Notes: a model not told the origin generated them from the sequence alone. 64,000 nucleotides of DNA from an uncultured Gemmatimonadales bacterium (GCA_963695555.1 CAVOGR010000001.1:1077716-1141715); one strand, 5' to 3'; positions 31,727 through 43,044 are shown, counted from the first letter of the stretch. Numbers and translations: made by a program.

Positions 31727-32406
31727 TCGAGGGCATCGGGATCGCGACGCTCGTGCTTCTCGCGCTCTGGGGAGCGGTCGCCGGCATCGATCTGGTGAGC
31801 GTGCCGCAGTTCATGATGTCGCGGCCGCTGGTCGTCGGGGTTGTGGCCGGGGCGATCGTGGGCGACCCGATGGCGGGACTCCGGGTTGGCGTCGTGCTCG
31901 AGCTGTTTGCCCTGGATGTTCTTCCGGTCGGCGCAGCCAGGTATCCGGACTACGGGGCCGCGACGATCGGGGCGGTGCTGATTGTCGCCGGCGGGCCGTG
32001 GGTGTCGGGCGTCGGTCTCGGCGTTGCGACAGGATTGGTCATTGCTGCGCTCGGTGGCTGGACCTTGCCGGTCCTGCGCCGGGCCAACGCAGCGGCCATC
32101 GCGGGCCGGCTCGACGCCCTGCAGGCCGGCGATTCCGCGACGATCCGGGCCCTGCAGTATGCCGGACTCGCGCGGGACGCGCTTCGAAGCGGGCTCCTCG
32201 TCGTCGTGGCCATCAGCGCCGCCCTGCTGATCCGTCACCTGCAACCGCTCGGCGACGAGGCGGCGCTAGCGCTCACGGTCGCGGTCATTGGGGCAGGTTT
32301 GGCGAGCGCTCTCGCAGGAGCAATGCGTACCGCCGGCCGGAGCGTTCGGGTCCGATGGCTGATGGCGGGCCTGGCGACGGGTATTGCGGTGGCCCTCGCA
32401 TGGTGA
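31723..32406 (+). CDS. PTS mannose-family EIIC
   Basis: SRPLVVG...G...GD...G...G..LEL and PVGA..YPD; hydrophobic. Confidence 0.9.
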   Translation: MIEGIGIATLVLLALWGAVAGIDLVSVPQFMMSRPLVVGVVAGAIVGDPMAGLRVGVVLELFALDVLPVGAARYPDYGAATIGAVLIVAGGPWVSGVGLGVATGLVIAALGGWTLPVLRRANAAAIAGRLDALQAGDSATIRALQYAGLARDALRSGLLVVVAISAALLIRHLQPLGDEAALALTVAVIGAGLASALAGAMRTAGRSVRVRWLMAGLATGIAVALAW

Positions 32407-33137
32407 GGGGGTTGGGCAGCGCGTTCACCCGTCTGTTCGCCGTGCAGGCCTCGTGGAATTACGAGCGCATGCTCGGGATCGGGATGGGGTACGCCGCCGA
32501 GCCGCTCCTTCGGGAAATGAAATCGACCGACGCTCCTCGTCATGCCGACGCGGTGCGGCGATCCGCGGAATTCTTCAACTGCCATCCGTATCTGGCCGGA
32601 TTGGCGCTGGGTGCGACGGTCGCGGCGGAGTACGCGGGGGAACCCGAGGACCGGATTCAACGTCTGCGCACCGCACTGTGCGGTACGCTCGGAGCCCTGG
32701 GCGATCACCTGTTTTGGGCCGGCCTGCTTCCCGCCCTGATGGGAATGGCCTTGATCGTGGCGGTGCTGTGGAATCCCTGGTGGGGGCTCGGGCTGTTCCT
32801 GGTCGGGTACAACGGATGCCGGGTCGTGGTGGGGTGGTGGGGGCTGAGGACCGGATTGGCGGGCGGCATGCGCGTTGGGCAGGCGATTGCGACGTCGTGG
32901 ATTCCACGGGCGCGGTTCGTGGTGGGTTTGGCGGCGGGGTTCATGGTGGGGTTGGCGGTGCCGCTGGTCGGCAGGTTCCAGCTTGCCGACTTACCGCGGC
33001 CTGCCGCCGTGGTCGCCATCGCCGTGGCGGTGTTGGGCCTGGGCTTGGCCTATCGGTTCGGCGCGACGTTCCGTGGGGTGCGCTACGGCTTGTTCGTGGT
33101 TGGCGTGGTGCTTCTCTATTATGGGATCATGCCATGA
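32400..33137 (+). CDS. PTS mannose-family EIID
   Basis: QASWNYERM, FFNCHPY and GALGDHLFW. Confidence 0.92.
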   Translation: MVRGLGSAFTRLFAVQASWNYERMLGIGMGYAAEPLLREMKSTDAPRHADAVRRSAEFFNCHPYLAGLALGATVAAEYAGEPEDRIQRLRTALCGTLGALGDHLFWAGLLPALMGMALIVAVLWNPWWGLGLFLVGYNGCRVVVGWWGLRTGLAGGMRVGQAIATSWIPRARFVVGLAAGFMVGLAVPLVGRFQLADLPRPAAVVAIAVAVLGLGLAYRFGATFRGVRYGLFVVGVVLLYYGIMP

Positions 33138-33397
33138 TCGAGCGCACCGCCCTCATCGTCAACGCGCTCGGACTCCACGCGAGGCCCGCGGCCCAAATCG
33201 TGAAGCTGGCGAGCGAGTTCGCATCGCACGTCGAGGTGGAAAAGGACTCGTTCGCGGTGAACTGCAAGAGCATCATGGGCGTCATGATGCTGGCCGCCGA
33301 GAAGGGCAGCACGTTGAATTTCCGGGCCGAGGGGCCCGATGAGACCGCAGCGGTCGACGCCTTGGTGAACCTGGTTGCAACTGGATTCGGGGAATGA
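33134..33397 (+). CDS. ptsH: Phosphocarrier protein HPr
   Basis: GLHARPAA (His15) and KSIMGVMML (Ser46). Confidence 0.96.
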   Translation: MIERTALIVNALGLHARPAAQIVKLASEFASHVEVEKDSFAVNCKSIMGVMMLAAEKGSTLNFRAEGPDETAAVDALVNLVATGFGE

Positions 33398-35202
33398 CGA
33401 ATCGCAGGCTCGAACTCTCCGGCATCGGCGTCTCACCCGGGATTGCCTTTGGGTCGGCCCTGGTCGTCCGTTGGGATTTCCCCGACGTGCCCGACCGTGG
33501 GATTACCAAGGACGAGGTGCCCGGCGAGATTGCGCGGTTTCGTCGTGCGATCGATGAAGTCGCTCAGAGCCTGGCCGAACTCAGGGATCGGGTGGCGGAG
33601 CGGGCCGGGCCGGAGGAGTCTCGGATCTTCGACGCGCAGATCCTCATGGCCCAGGACCACGAGTACGTGGAGAGTGTTGAAGCGCTCATCCGAAACAACC
33701 TCCTCAGTGCCGAAACGGCATTTGAATTCAAGTCGCTCGAGCTACGGGAAGCATGGGCCGGCGCCCAGCATTTACGGGAGCGCCTGACCGATCTGACAGC
33801 GGTGCAACGGCATGTTCTGTACCGACTGCTGGGACGGGCAGAAGATGACCGGTGGGCGAACACCCTCGATGAGCCGGTGATCGTGGTGGCGCGGGAGCTG
33901 TCGCCTGGGGTCACAGTCCAGCTGGATCGTGAACATGTGGTCGGACTCGTGTCCGAACAGGGTACCAGAACGTCTCACGCGGCGATCCTGGCGCACTCGC
34001 TCGGCATCCCGGCCGTGATGGGAGTGGCGGATGCGCTGGAACACGTCCGTGATGGCGCCGTGGTCTTGCTGGACGGGCGGCAGGGGACCGTCCTGCTCGA
34101 TCCTACGCCGTCGGATATGGATACGGCGCGCACTCGGCTGAGCCGCCGGCACCGCCTTGCGCTCGAGCTGGAGGTCGCGGCCAGCGAGCCGGCCATCACG
34201 CCGGACGGCGTGGAATTGACCTTGATGGGGAACGTCGACTTGCCCGAAGAAATCGAGTCGGCGGTGCGCAACGGGGCCCGGGGCGTCGGGCTGGTGCGGA
34301 CGGAGTTCCTCCTGACCGGACGGGCCGAGCTCCCCAGCGAAGATGAGCAATTTGCCTACTTCCGACGAATGGCGGATGCCTTTCGTCATGACCCGGTCGT
34401 CATCCGCGCTTTCGATCTCGGTGGCGATAAGTTCCCGGTATCGTTCAAAGTGGCAAGCGAGGCGAACCCGTTTCTTGGATGGCGGTCCATCCGTGTGTGT
34501 CTGGACGAGGAAGAAGTATTTCGGCCGCAGCTTCGTGCCGTGCTGCGGGCTGCGGTGGATCGCAACATCCACTTGATGCTGCCGCTCGTGACCCGGATCG
34601 AGGAAGTCTTACAGTCGCGCGCGCTCCTGAATGAGGAAGCGCAAGCCCTGGCGGCGGAGGGGGTGCCGGCGGCAATCTCGGTGCCGGTGGGTGTGATGGT
34701 GGAGACCCCGGCCGCGGTGATCATGGCCGACGAATTAGCCGAAGTGAGTGATTTCTTCAGTGTGGGCACCAACGATCTCACCCAGTACACCCTGGCGGCG
34801 GATCGCGGCAATGCCCGCCTCGCCCGCAAGTTCACCGCGTATCACCCGGCTATCATTCGCCAACTCAAGCAGGTCCAGGCTGCCGGCGAGCGCCAACACA
34901 TTCCAGTGAGCGTTTGTGGGGAGATCGCGTCAGAACCTCTGGCCGCCGTGCTCTTGATTGGGTTGGGATACCGGAGCCTCAGCGTATCGCCGCCGGAGCT
35001 GCCGCTGGTCAAGTGGACCGTGCGCCGCGTTCCAGTCGAAGCGGCAGAGCGGGCGGCTCGGCGAGCCCTCGAGGCCCGCACCACGGATGAAGTGCGTGAC
35101 GTGGTCCAGGCAGAGTGCGGTTCCTACTTGGACCTGCGACTGCTCGAAACCCTCAACGCGTTGCCCGGCATGCAGAAACTCGCTAGCTTGCCGTCGCAAT
35201 GA
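33394..35202 (+). CDS. ptsI: PEP-protein phosphotransferase (Enzyme I)
   Basis: [35 protein letters not shown] and SVCGE. Confidence 0.96.
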   Translation: MTNRRLELSGIGVSPGIAFGSALVVRWDFPDVPDRGITKDEVPGEIARFRRAIDEVAQSLAELRDRVAERAGPEESRIFDAQILMAQDHEYVESVEALIRNNLLSAETAFEFKSLELREAWAGAQHLRERLTDLTAVQRHVLYRLLGRAEDDRWANTLDEPVIVVARELSPGVTVQLDREHVVGLVSEQGTRTSHAAILAHSLGIPAVMGVADALEHVRDGAVVLLDGRQGTVLLDPTPSDMDTARTRLSRRHRLALELEVAASEPAITPDGVELTLMGNVDLPEEIESAVRNGARGVGLVRTEFLLTGRAELPSEDEQFAYFRRMADAFRHDPVVIRAFDLGGDKFPVSFKVASEANPFLGWRSIRVCLDEEEVFRPQLRAVLRAAVDRNIHLMLPLVTRIEEVLQSRALLNEEAQALAAEGVPAAISVPVGVMVETPAAVIMADELAEVSDFFSVGTNDLTQYTLAADRGNARLARKFTAYHPAIIRQLKQVQAAGERQHIPVSVCGEIASEPLAAVLLIGLGYRSLSVSPPELPLVKWTVRRVPVEAAERAARRALEARTTDEVRDVVQAECGSYLDLRLLETLNALPGMQKLASLPSQ

Positions 35203-35230
35203 TTCCCCTCACCCTCTTCACGTTGCTCCT

Positions 35231-36463
35231 ATGAACCATGCTGCCCAGGGTAGTACCAAGCGCCACGTCTTCACGTCGGAGTCCGTGACCGAAGGCCATC
35301 CCGATAAGATGGCCGACCAGATTTCCGACGCGATTCTGGATGCCATCCTCGAGAAAGATTCTGCCGCCCGGGTGGCGTGCGAGACCTTGGTGACGACCGG
35401 CATGGTGGTGGTCGCGGGAGAGGTGACCACCACCGCCTACGTCCACATTCCCGATCTCGTGCGGGAAACCGTAGCAAGGATCGGCTACACCGACGCCGCG
35501 TCGGGGTTCGATAGCCGAACCTGCGCCGTGTTGACGTCGATCGACCGGCAGTCGTCGGACATCGCCATGGGGGTGGACCGGCAAGCCCAGCAGGGCGCCG
35601 GCGATCAAGGCATGATGTTCGGCTATGCCACCGCCGAAACCCCCGAGCTGATGCCATTACCGATCCTCCTGGCCCACCGGCTCGCCGAGCGGCTCGCGAT
35701 GGTGCGGCGCGGGGGGCGGGGCATCACCGCCATTCCGTGGCTCAGGCCTGACGGCAAGTGCCAGGTATCGGTCGAATACACCGGCGACCGGCCAACGGCC
35801 ATCAAGACCGTGGTCGTATCCACCCAGCACGCGGAGCGCGTGGGGTCGCGCAAGCTGAGTCAGGCGGCCATCCGCGAGGCCATCGTCGAAGAGGTCATTC
35901 GACCCGTGGTCGATCGTGCGCAACTCGGTCTGACCGGTACCAAGATTCACGTCAACCCGACCGGTCGATTCGTCATTGGCGGCCCGCATGGGGATGCCGG
36001 ACTCACCGGCCGGAAGATCATCGTGGATACCTACGGCGGGATGGCACGCCACGGCGGCGGCGCTTTCAGTGGGAAAGATCCCAGCAAGGTCGACCGATCG
36101 GCCGCGTACGCCACGCGATGGGTGGCAAAGAATATCGTAGCGGCGGGCCTTGCAAAGCGTTGCGAGGTCCAGGTAGCCTACGCTATTGGGGTGGCGAGGC
36201 CGGTGTCCGTCATGATCGACACGTTCGGGACGGGGAAGCTGCCCGACACCCGGCTGGAGAAAGTCGTGTCGGAGGTGTTCGACCTCACCCCGAAGGGTAT
36301 TTTGTCCGCCCTCAAGCTGAAACGGCCCATCTACTTACCGACCGCGACCTATGGGCATTTCGGGCGAGCACCCTACTCCACCGGGCGCGGCGGCGCCAAA
36401 CTCGATTTCTTCGCGTGGGAGCGTACCGACCGGGTTCGCGATCTGCTGGCGGCTGCAAAATAG
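35231..36463 (+). CDS. metK: S-adenosylmethionine synthase
   Basis: [19 protein letters not shown] and [16 protein letters not shown]. Confidence 0.97.
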   Translation: MNHAAQGSTKRHVFTSESVTEGHPDKMADQISDAILDAILEKDSAARVACETLVTTGMVVVAGEVTTTAYVHIPDLVRETVARIGYTDAASGFDSRTCAVLTSIDRQSSDIAMGVDRQAQQGAGDQGMMFGYATAETPELMPLPILLAHRLAERLAMVRRGGRGITAIPWLRPDGKCQVSVEYTGDRPTAIKTVVVSTQHAERVGSRKLSQAAIREAIVEEVIRPVVDRAQLGLTGTKIHVNPTGRFVIGGPHGDAGLTGRKIIVDTYGGMARHGGGAFSGKDPSKVDRSAAYATRWVAKNIVAAGLAKRCEVQVAYAIGVARPVSVMIDTFGTGKLPDTRLEKVVSEVFDLTPKGILSALKLKRPIYLPTATYGHFGRAPYSTGRGGAKLDFFAWERTDRVRDLLAAAK

Positions 36464-36511
36464 AAGCCGCACCTTCGAGAGTGTGAGGAGGACTCGCTGG
36501 GCGCTGACAAT

Positions 36512-37003
36512 ATGGTGGAGGTGACCATTGCCCATCTCGGGCTCGATCGCACGACCAATTCCCCGGTCGTCATCCTTCGCGAAAAGGACGGGACCCGGGT
36601 GTTGCCCATTTGGATCGGGCCGGCGGAGGCCAGCGCCATCGCCATGGAGATCCAGGGCGTGCAAGCTCAACGGCCGCTCACCCACGACCTCCTGAAGCAG
36701 ATCGTGACTGGCCTGGGGGGGACCCTCAAGAAGGTTACCATCACCTCGGTCAAGGAAAACACCTACTTCGCTGAGCTGCTCATTGCCCGGGACGATCACC
36801 TGTTCCAGGTCGATGCGAGGCCGAGTGATAGCATTGCCCTGGCCCTGCGGCTCAACGCGCCGATGTATGCCAACGACACACTCCTCAATCAAGCGGCTGT
36901 CGAGCCGGTGGAACCTGGACCCGATGCCTCGTCCAGCGCCGAAACGCTGCGACAGTATCTGGAGAAGTTGGATCCCGAGGATTTCGGGAAGTTCAATCCG
37001 TAG
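36512..37003 (+). CDS. Bifunctional nuclease family protein (DUF151)
   Basis: LPIWIG..EA, RPLTHDL and DARPSDSIALA. Confidence 0.93.
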   Translation: MVEVTIAHLGLDRTTNSPVVILREKDGTRVLPIWIGPAEASAIAMEIQGVQAQRPLTHDLLKQIVTGLGGTLKKVTITSVKENTYFAELLIARDDHLFQVDARPSDSIALALRLNAPMYANDTLLNQAAVEPVEPGPDASSSAETLRQYLEKLDPEDFGKFNP

Positions 37004-38099
37004 CGCGGTACTGGCGCTCGTCGCTCTCACGTTCCTACCGCAGTCGAGTGTGGGGCAGGCATCGCTCACGGTAAGCGGGCGCGTCCTCAATCAGTCTGCC
37101 CCCGATAGCGCTCCGGCGGCCGGCGTCCGAGTGGTCGCCCACCGAATAGGCCGCACCGTTCAGGGCCCCATCGATTCGACCAAGACCGATCGAAGCGGCG
37201 CCTTCCGCATCACCATGCCGGCCGATTCGGAGGCGGTCTACCTCCTGAGCGCCCGCCACCACGGCATCGAATATTTTTCCGCGCCGTTCCAGGATCCCTC
37301 CGGTCGACGGACCGACTCGGTGGTGCTGGTGGTATCGGACACATCCTCGACCGTTGCGGTCCATGCCCCGCGCCGGCACATCGTGATCGCGCCGCCGACC
37401 ACCGAGCGCACCCGCGAGATCGTCGATCTGGTGACGCTCGAGACGGTTGGCGGCAAGCTGACGCGGGTGGCCCCCGATACTCTCACACCGAACTGGGCCG
37501 GGCCCTTGCCGTCCGGAGTGTTGGACGTCGTGGTTGGAGAAAGCGATTTCTCACCCGACGCGGTCGAGATCGCGCGCGACTCCGTCTTCGTATTCGGGCC
37601 GGTCGCACCCGGCGAAAAGCAACTCTGGTTGCAGTACTGGATTCCGGTCGACCAGCTGGCGCTCGTGATACCGAGCCTGTCGGACGTGACCGACCTGTAC
37701 ATCGAGGGTGGCGGGGCGACCGCCACTGGACCCGGCCTGTCGGCAGTGGCGCCCGAGGAGATCGGCGGAAGCCAGTTTTCCCACTGGACCGGAACCATGC
37801 CTGAAGGGAGCGCGGTCGAGGTCCGCCTGGCACCCCTGGGCCGAGAGTCGTACGCGCTCATCGTGGCGTTGGTCTCGGTGATGGTACTGATTCTCGCCGC
37901 CGCGGCCTACCGTCTCCTGCGCCGGCCGGCCCCTGCTCCCAGAGCGGCAACGTCCGCCGAGTTGATCGACCGGCTGGCGCGACTGGACGCGGCAAAAGAC
38001 GAGCGGGATGGCAGCGCGTTGAAACGGTATCAACGCGACCGGGAGCAGCTCAAGCGGGAAATTGCCGCTGCCCTTGCCCGCGAGCGCCGGCCCCGGTAA
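36924..38099 (+). CDS. Hypothetical exported membrane-anchored protein with a carboxypeptidase-regulatory-like Ig domain; start uncertain (about 36924-37011)
   Basis: Signal-like LALVALTFL, VSGRV..TD.SG.F Ig motif, C-terminal TM helix and a short coiled coil. Confidence 0.7.
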   Translation: MPRPAPKRCDSIWRSWIPRISGSSIRSAVLALVALTFLPQSSVGQASLTVSGRVLNQSAPDSAPAAGVRVVAHRIGRTVQGPIDSTKTDRSGAFRITMPADSEAVYLLSARHHGIEYFSAPFQDPSGRRTDSVVLVVSDTSSTVAVHAPRRHIVIAPPTTERTREIVDLVTLETVGGKLTRVAPDTLTPNWAGPLPSGVLDVVVGESDFSPDAVEIARDSVFVFGPVAPGEKQLWLQYWIPVDQLALVIPSLSDVTDLYIEGGGATATGPGLSAVAPEEIGGSQFSHWTGTMPEGSAVEVRLAPLGRESYALIVALVSVMVLILAAAAYRLLRRPAPAPRAATSAELIDRLARLDAAKDERDGSALKRYQRDREQLKREIAAALARERRPR

Positions 38100-38117
38100 A
38101 CTCGAAGCACAACTCGA

Positions 38118-38258
38118 CGCGAACGCGGATCCACGGAAGCCGGTGCAAGTCCGGCGCGGCCCCGCCACTGTATCGGGCACTAGCACCCCGCTCATCACGC
38201 CACTGGGAAACCGGGAAGGCGAGCGGGCGCCCGGAGCCAGGAGACCTCTCCGTTCGCG
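38118..38258 (+). promoter_or_regulatory. Cobalamin (B12) riboswitch
   Basis: P1 CGCGAACG/CGTTCGCG; GGAAGCCGGTGCAAGTCCGGCGCGG; CCCGCCACTGT; GCCACTGGGAAACCGGGAAGG; B12 box AGCCAGGAGACC. Lies directly upstream of the btu genes. Confidence 0.95.
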
Positions 38259-38354
38259 CCACCACGTTGACCCTCGGGGGAGGGGACGGTGGCCAGCCGG
38301 TTCTCTGTGAACCGTTCATGCGCCCATCTCCGCCCGCCCGGGATGGGCGGCTCT

Positions 38355-39242
38355 ATGTTGCGGTTCCGACACGCCAGCTCGTTCCTGGGACTGGCCGCGC
38401 TACTCACCATTGGTGGGTGCCGCCCCACGTCCCATGCCGCGGGCGACTTGCGCGTCATCGATGACGCCGGCGATTCGGTCGCCCTGTCGCGGCCGGCTCA
38501 GCGCGTCGTCTCGCTCATACCGGCCACCACCGAACTCCTCTTCGCCATCGGGGCGGGGCCCAACGTGGTCGGTCGGACGGCGTGGTGTGATTTCCCTCCC
38601 GAAGCGGAGTCCGTCCCGAATTTAGGCGACGGCCTGCGACCCAACCTCGAAGCGGTGGTCGCACAGCGTCCCGACCTGGTTCTGCTCTACAACTCATCCC
38701 AGAACGCCACCGCCGTCTCCCATCTCGAGCAGCTGGGTATCGCAGCCCTCAGGCTGAACACCGACCGATTGGACCAGGTGGCGAAGAACGCTCGGCTCCT
38801 GGGGCGACTGACGGGCAGAGCGGCCGAGGCGGATTCCGTGGCCCGGGCCTTCGAGCGGGCGCTCGCGAGCGCCAGGTACCGCCTCGATCCCGCTCCGAGG
38901 GTCTTCCTCCTGGCCTGGGATCAGCCGCCGATGACCATCGGCGGCGGCAGCTTTCAAAGCGAAATCGTGGCGCGCGCCGGCGGTCGCAATGTGTTTGACG
39001 ATCTCTCGGTTGCGTCGGGCCCGGTGAGCATCGAGGCCGTGGCCGAGCGCGACCCCGACATCATCCTCCTCTTCGCGGATGAGGTGCCGGACCTCGACAA
39101 TCGCCCGGAGTGGAGGGCGGTGCGGGCCGTTCGGGAACAGCGGTTCCTTCGAATCGGCGGGTCGGAATTCAGCCGTCCCGGACCCCGGGTCCCGAGCGCC
39201 ATCCATCGACTCGCCGACAGTCTCGGGTCGTTCCACCGATGA
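38355..39242 (+). CDS. btuF: Cobalamin ABC transporter substrate-binding lipoprotein (alternative GTG start at 38289)
   Basis: Lipobox IGGC, RVVSLIPATTELLFAIG, CDFP and PNLEAVVAQRPDLV; riboswitch context. Confidence 0.88.
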   Translation: MLRFRHASSFLGLAALLTIGGCRPTSHAAGDLRVIDDAGDSVALSRPAQRVVSLIPATTELLFAIGAGPNVVGRTAWCDFPPEAESVPNLGDGLRPNLEAVVAQRPDLVLLYNSSQNATAVSHLEQLGIAALRLNTDRLDQVAKNARLLGRLTGRAAEADSVARAFERALASARYRLDPAPRVFLLAWDQPPMTIGGGSFQSEIVARAGGRNVFDDLSVASGPVSIEAVAERDPDIILLFADEVPDLDNRPEWRAVRAVREQRFLRIGGSEFSRPGPRVPSAIHRLADSLGSFHR

Positions 39243-40213
39243 AACCAGCCTGGGGGGTGCTGCTCGGCGCGGTCGTGGTGGCGAGCCTCGTGGTCGGAGT
39301 CGGTGTCGGGGCGGTGACCCTGGGGCCGATCGATCTGTGGAACGGATTGGTGCACGGAGAGGGCAACGGCGGCGCCATCATTCGGCAGCTTCGGGTTCCG
39401 CGCGTGCTGCTCGCCTTTGCGGTTGGCGGGACGCTCGCGCTCTCCGGCGCGGCGCTTCAAGCGCTGATCCGCAATCCACTGGCCGATCCGTATCTGCTGG
39501 GCCTGTCGGGCGGTGCGGGCCTGGGAGCGGTGGTGGCTCTGGCGTTGAAGATTGGATCGATCTGGGCGGTGCCCGCGGCTGCCTTCGTCGGCGCGCTTGG
39601 CGCCGTGGCGCTGGTCTATCGGTTGAGCCTGGTAAGCGGACGCCGGCTCGACCCCCGGATCCTGCTCCTGGCCGGTGTCGTGGTCGGCGCGTTCGCCGGC
39701 GCGCTCATGAGCGCGATCATTGCCCTCTCGGACGCAACCGAATTGCGCAACGCCTTCCTCTGGCTCCTGGGCGGGTTGGGAGGTGCATCCTGGCGCACGC
39801 TCGGCATCTTCGGCGTCTACGCCATCGTGCCGACGGTGGTGCTGCTCGCGAGCGCCCGTTCGCTCGATCTCCTCGCGCTCGGCGAGGAGCCCGCCCAACA
39901 TCTCGGCGCCGATGTGGAGCGCACCAAGCGCATCATCTACGGCACCACCGCATTGCTCACCGCCGCGAGCGTTGCCGTGTGCGGCATCATCGGGTTCGTG
40001 GGATTGGTGGTGCCGCATGCGGTCCGGCAGGTCCTCGGGCCACTCCATCGGCCACTGCTGCCCGTCGTCTTTCTCGTGGGTGGGTCGTTCCTCGTGCTGA
40101 CCGACACGGTTGCGCGCACAGCCGTGCGCCCGCTCGAGCTTCCCGTGGGTGTCGTCACCGCACTGGTCGGCGTTCCGCTCTTTGCCGTGCTCCTGCGGCG
40201 AACCCTGACATGA
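39239..40213 (+). CDS. btuC: Cobalamin ABC transporter permease (FecCD/BtuC)
   Basis: LRVPRVLLA, RNPLADPYLLG, GEE.A.HLG and IIGFVGLVVPH. Confidence 0.9.
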   Translation: MKPAWGVLLGAVVVASLVVGVGVGAVTLGPIDLWNGLVHGEGNGGAIIRQLRVPRVLLAFAVGGTLALSGAALQALIRNPLADPYLLGLSGGAGLGAVVALALKIGSIWAVPAAAFVGALGAVALVYRLSLVSGRRLDPRILLLAGVVVGAFAGALMSAIIALSDATELRNAFLWLLGGLGGASWRTLGIFGVYAIVPTVVLLASARSLDLLALGEEPAQHLGADVERTKRIIYGTTALLTAASVAVCGIIGFVGLVVPHAVRQVLGPLHRPLLPVVFLVGGSFLVLTDTVARTAVRPLELPVGVVTALVGVPLFAVLLRRTLT

Positions 40214-40998
40214 TCCTCGAGGCGAAGGGCATCACCGTCCAGTACCCGGGCTCGCCGCACCCGGCGCTCGACCAAGTGTCGTGTGCCGTTGGGCCGGGAG
40301 AGCTGCTCGCGATCGTGGGACCGAACGGCAGCGGCAAGACGACACTGCTCCGCGGATTGCTCGGCCTGGTGGACCCGACCAGCGGTCAGGGGCTGGTGCA
40401 GGGCAGGCCAATCGACCAGTGGCGCCGTTCGGAGCTGGCGCGGATCATCGGGGTCGTGACCCAACGAGAGGAAAGCGTATTCCCGCTTCGCGTGGAGGAG
40501 GCCGTCATGCTGGGCCGCTACGCCAGGTTGGGACCGCTCGCGCCTCCGGGCGCAAGCGACCGGGCCGCCGTCGAGCAGGCCATGGCGCGCTGTGATGTAA
40601 CCGATCTCAGGGCTCGGCACGTGGACACCTTGTCCGGTGGCGAGTGGCAGCGCGTCCGGGTAGCACGTGCGCTGGCACAAGAGCCCGCTGCGTTGGTGCT
40701 CGACGAGCCGACCTCGGCACTCGATGTCCGCCACGAGATGGAAGTGCTCGAGCTCGTTCGCGTGCTGGTCGATGGTGGCCTGGCCGGCATTCTCGTGACC
40801 CATCAACTCAACTTGGCGTCGCGTTTCGCCGATCGGCTGTTGCTGTTAGACCACGGCCGGGTCGTGGCCGAAGGCTCGCCCGAATCCGTTCTCACGGCCC
40901 AGATCGTCGAGGCGGTGTTCGAATGGCCGATTGCCGTCACGGCATGGGTCGATGGATCGCCGCAAGTCATTCCCCTTCGCCCCGGAGAGCGGGCATGA
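40210..40998 (+). CDS. btuD: Cobalamin ABC transporter ATP-binding protein
   Basis: GPNGSGKTT, LSGGEWQRV and LDEPTSALD. Confidence 0.88.
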   Translation: MILEAKGITVQYPGSPHPALDQVSCAVGPGELLAIVGPNGSGKTTLLRGLLGLVDPTSGQGLVQGRPIDQWRRSELARIIGVVTQREESVFPLRVEEAVMLGRYARLGPLAPPGASDRAAVEQAMARCDVTDLRARHVDTLSGGEWQRVRVARALAQEPAALVLDEPTSALDVRHEMEVLELVRVLVDGGLAGILVTHQLNLASRFADRLLLLDHGRVVAEGSPESVLTAQIVEAVFEWPIAVTAWVDGSPQVIPLRPGERA

Positions 40999-43001
40999 TA
41001 CCGATGGTCCGCGGTGTGGTTTCCCTGATTCCCCGTGTGATCATCTTCGCAGCCTGCGCGGCGCAGGCGGTGCAGGCGCAGCAGGTGGTGCGCGATACCG
41101 TCGAGCTCGAGGATCTCGTGGCGACGGCAACTCGGGTACCGCTCTCGCTCGGATCGCTCACGGCCGCCGTCACGGTCATCTCGGGCGACGAATTGGCGAA
41201 CCGCGGAATCCGGTTCGTGAGTGATGCGCTCCGGGACATACCAGGTGCTGCGGTCGTTCCTGTGGGGTCGTACGGGGGAGTCACCTCGCTCTTCCTCCGA
41301 GGAGGGGAGAGCGACTACGTCAAGATCCTGGTGGACGGGGTGGCGCTCAATATGCCGGGCGGCGCGTTCAATCTTGCGAATCTGACTACGGACAACGTGG
41401 ATCGAATCGAGGTTGTCCGCGGACCGACCAGTGTCTTGTACGGGTCGGATGCAGTGACCGGAGTCGTGCAGATTTTTACCAAACGGGGCCGCCCGGGCAT
41501 CGATGCCGCGGTCAACGCGACGGCGGGGACCTTCGGCAGCACGGCCCTTGGTGGCAGGATCTCAGGCGGGAATGGTAACGGGCGGGTGAGTTACGCGCTG
41601 GCAGGGTCGCGCTTCACGACCAACGGCACCGCCGCGTTCAATAGCGATTACGCCAACACCGTTGGCAGCGGGGTGTTTCGAGCCGCTTTGGATGGCCGCA
41701 CCCACGCCATCCTTACCGCCCGGTTCGACGATAACACCGTCCATTTTCCCACCGACGGGGCCGGGGTGCCGTCGGACAGCAACCAGTTCTCCTTCGACCA
41801 ATCCTGGGCGCTGAGCCTGGAGGTTGCGCGGCAGCTGGGGTCCGACGTCGAGGGACTGCTCACCCTGACCCGATACGCCGTCGACGGCGGGTTCGATGAC
41901 CGGCCGGATCATCCGGCCGACACCGTCGGGTATGCGTTCACCTCGACCCGTGCGTCCAAGATGGTCCGGCAGAGTATCGACGCGCGAGTCAATGTCCTTG
42001 CCACGCGGCCGCTCATGATCACGGCGGGAACGACACTCGATATCGATCGGGAGCGGCAAAGTGGTGACGCCACTTCCAACTTCGGGGCTGGGATCGAGCG
42101 GGAGCAATCCGAGCCGGTCGATGCAACCCGCCGGAATCTGGGCCTCTATGTGCAGGGCCTGCTCGATTTCAGCTTTCCGGCCAGTCTCCACCTCGGCGTG
42201 CGGCTGGATGAGAACGATGCGTTCGGCACGTTCTTCACCTATCGTGCCGGGGCGATGTATCGAGTGGGTCCGGAAACGCGGCTCCGCGCCTCGATCGGGA
42301 CCGGCTTCAAGGCGCCGACGTTCGCAGAGCACTTTGCCGATGCCCCCTATGAGGTTGGCAACGCGGCTCTGGAGCCCGAGCGGTCGATCAGTTGGGAAAT
42401 TGGAGCGGAGCAACGTGCGTGGGACGGGCGGGTGGTGGTCTGGGCCGATTACTTCGACCAACGGTTTCGCGACTTGGTCCAGTACGTCTTTGCGGAGCCT
42501 GGTCTGCCGACCTACCAGAACCTGCCGCAGGCACTCGCCCGGGGGGTGGAGGCCGGTATCTCCGTGGCCCCACGAGCGGGCCTTTCGATCTCCGGTCAGT
42601 ACACCTATCTGCACTCGGAGACGACCGATCCCGGTGCCAATCCAGCCCCTGGGACGGCATTTGAGCTCGGCCGGCCCCTGGTCCGCCGGCCCGCCCACGC
42701 CGTTCAAGTAGCCGGCTCAGCCAGGCTCGGCTGGGGGGCCAGGGTTTCGTTCCGCTTGAATCATGTTGGCGCGAGAGACGATCTCGCGTTTGAGGATTTC
42801 GCCTCGGTCCGTATCGAGCTTCCCGCGTACACGACGCTCGATGCGAGCGGCTTGGTGGAGATCCTTTCCAGCCGCCCGGGCCGTCCCGGCCTTTCCGCGA
42901 CGCTCCGGATCGAGAATGTGCTCGACGAGGCGTACGAAACTGTGAAAGGCTTCCCGGGCAGGGGGCGCACCGTGTCGCTTGGGGCTGCACTCCTGTTCTA
43001 G
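40995..43001 (+). CDS. btuB: TonB-dependent receptor, BtuB-like
   Basis: Signal peptide, plug domain (LRGGESDYV.ILVDG; RIEVVRGPTSVLYGSDA), GFKAPT, L.PE and C-terminal Phe; in a riboswitch-led operon. Confidence 0.88.
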   Translation: MIPMVRGVVSLIPRVIIFAACAAQAVQAQQVVRDTVELEDLVATATRVPLSLGSLTAAVTVISGDELANRGIRFVSDALRDIPGAAVVPVGSYGGVTSLFLRGGESDYVKILVDGVALNMPGGAFNLANLTTDNVDRIEVVRGPTSVLYGSDAVTGVVQIFTKRGRPGIDAAVNATAGTFGSTALGGRISGGNGNGRVSYALAGSRFTTNGTAAFNSDYANTVGSGVFRAALDGRTHAILTARFDDNTVHFPTDGAGVPSDSNQFSFDQSWALSLEVARQLGSDVEGLLTLTRYAVDGGFDDRPDHPADTVGYAFTSTRASKMVRQSIDARVNVLATRPLMITAGTTLDIDRERQSGDATSNFGAGIEREQSEPVDATRRNLGLYVQGLLDFSFPASLHLGVRLDENDAFGTFFTYRAGAMYRVGPETRLRASIGTGFKAPTFAEHFADAPYEVGNAALEPERSISWEIGAEQRAWDGRVVVWADYFDQRFRDLVQYVFAEPGLPTYQNLPQALARGVEAGISVAPRAGLSISGQYTYLHSETTDPGANPAPGTAFELGRPLVRRPAHAVQVAGSARLGWGARVSFRLNHVGARDDLAFEDFASVRIELPAYTTLDASGLVEILSSRPGRPGLSATLRIENVLDEAYETVKGFPGRGRTVSLGAALLF

Positions 43002-43044
43002 CGCCGAGCAGGTAGATTTCGACCAACCCCTACCACCGAGCTCG

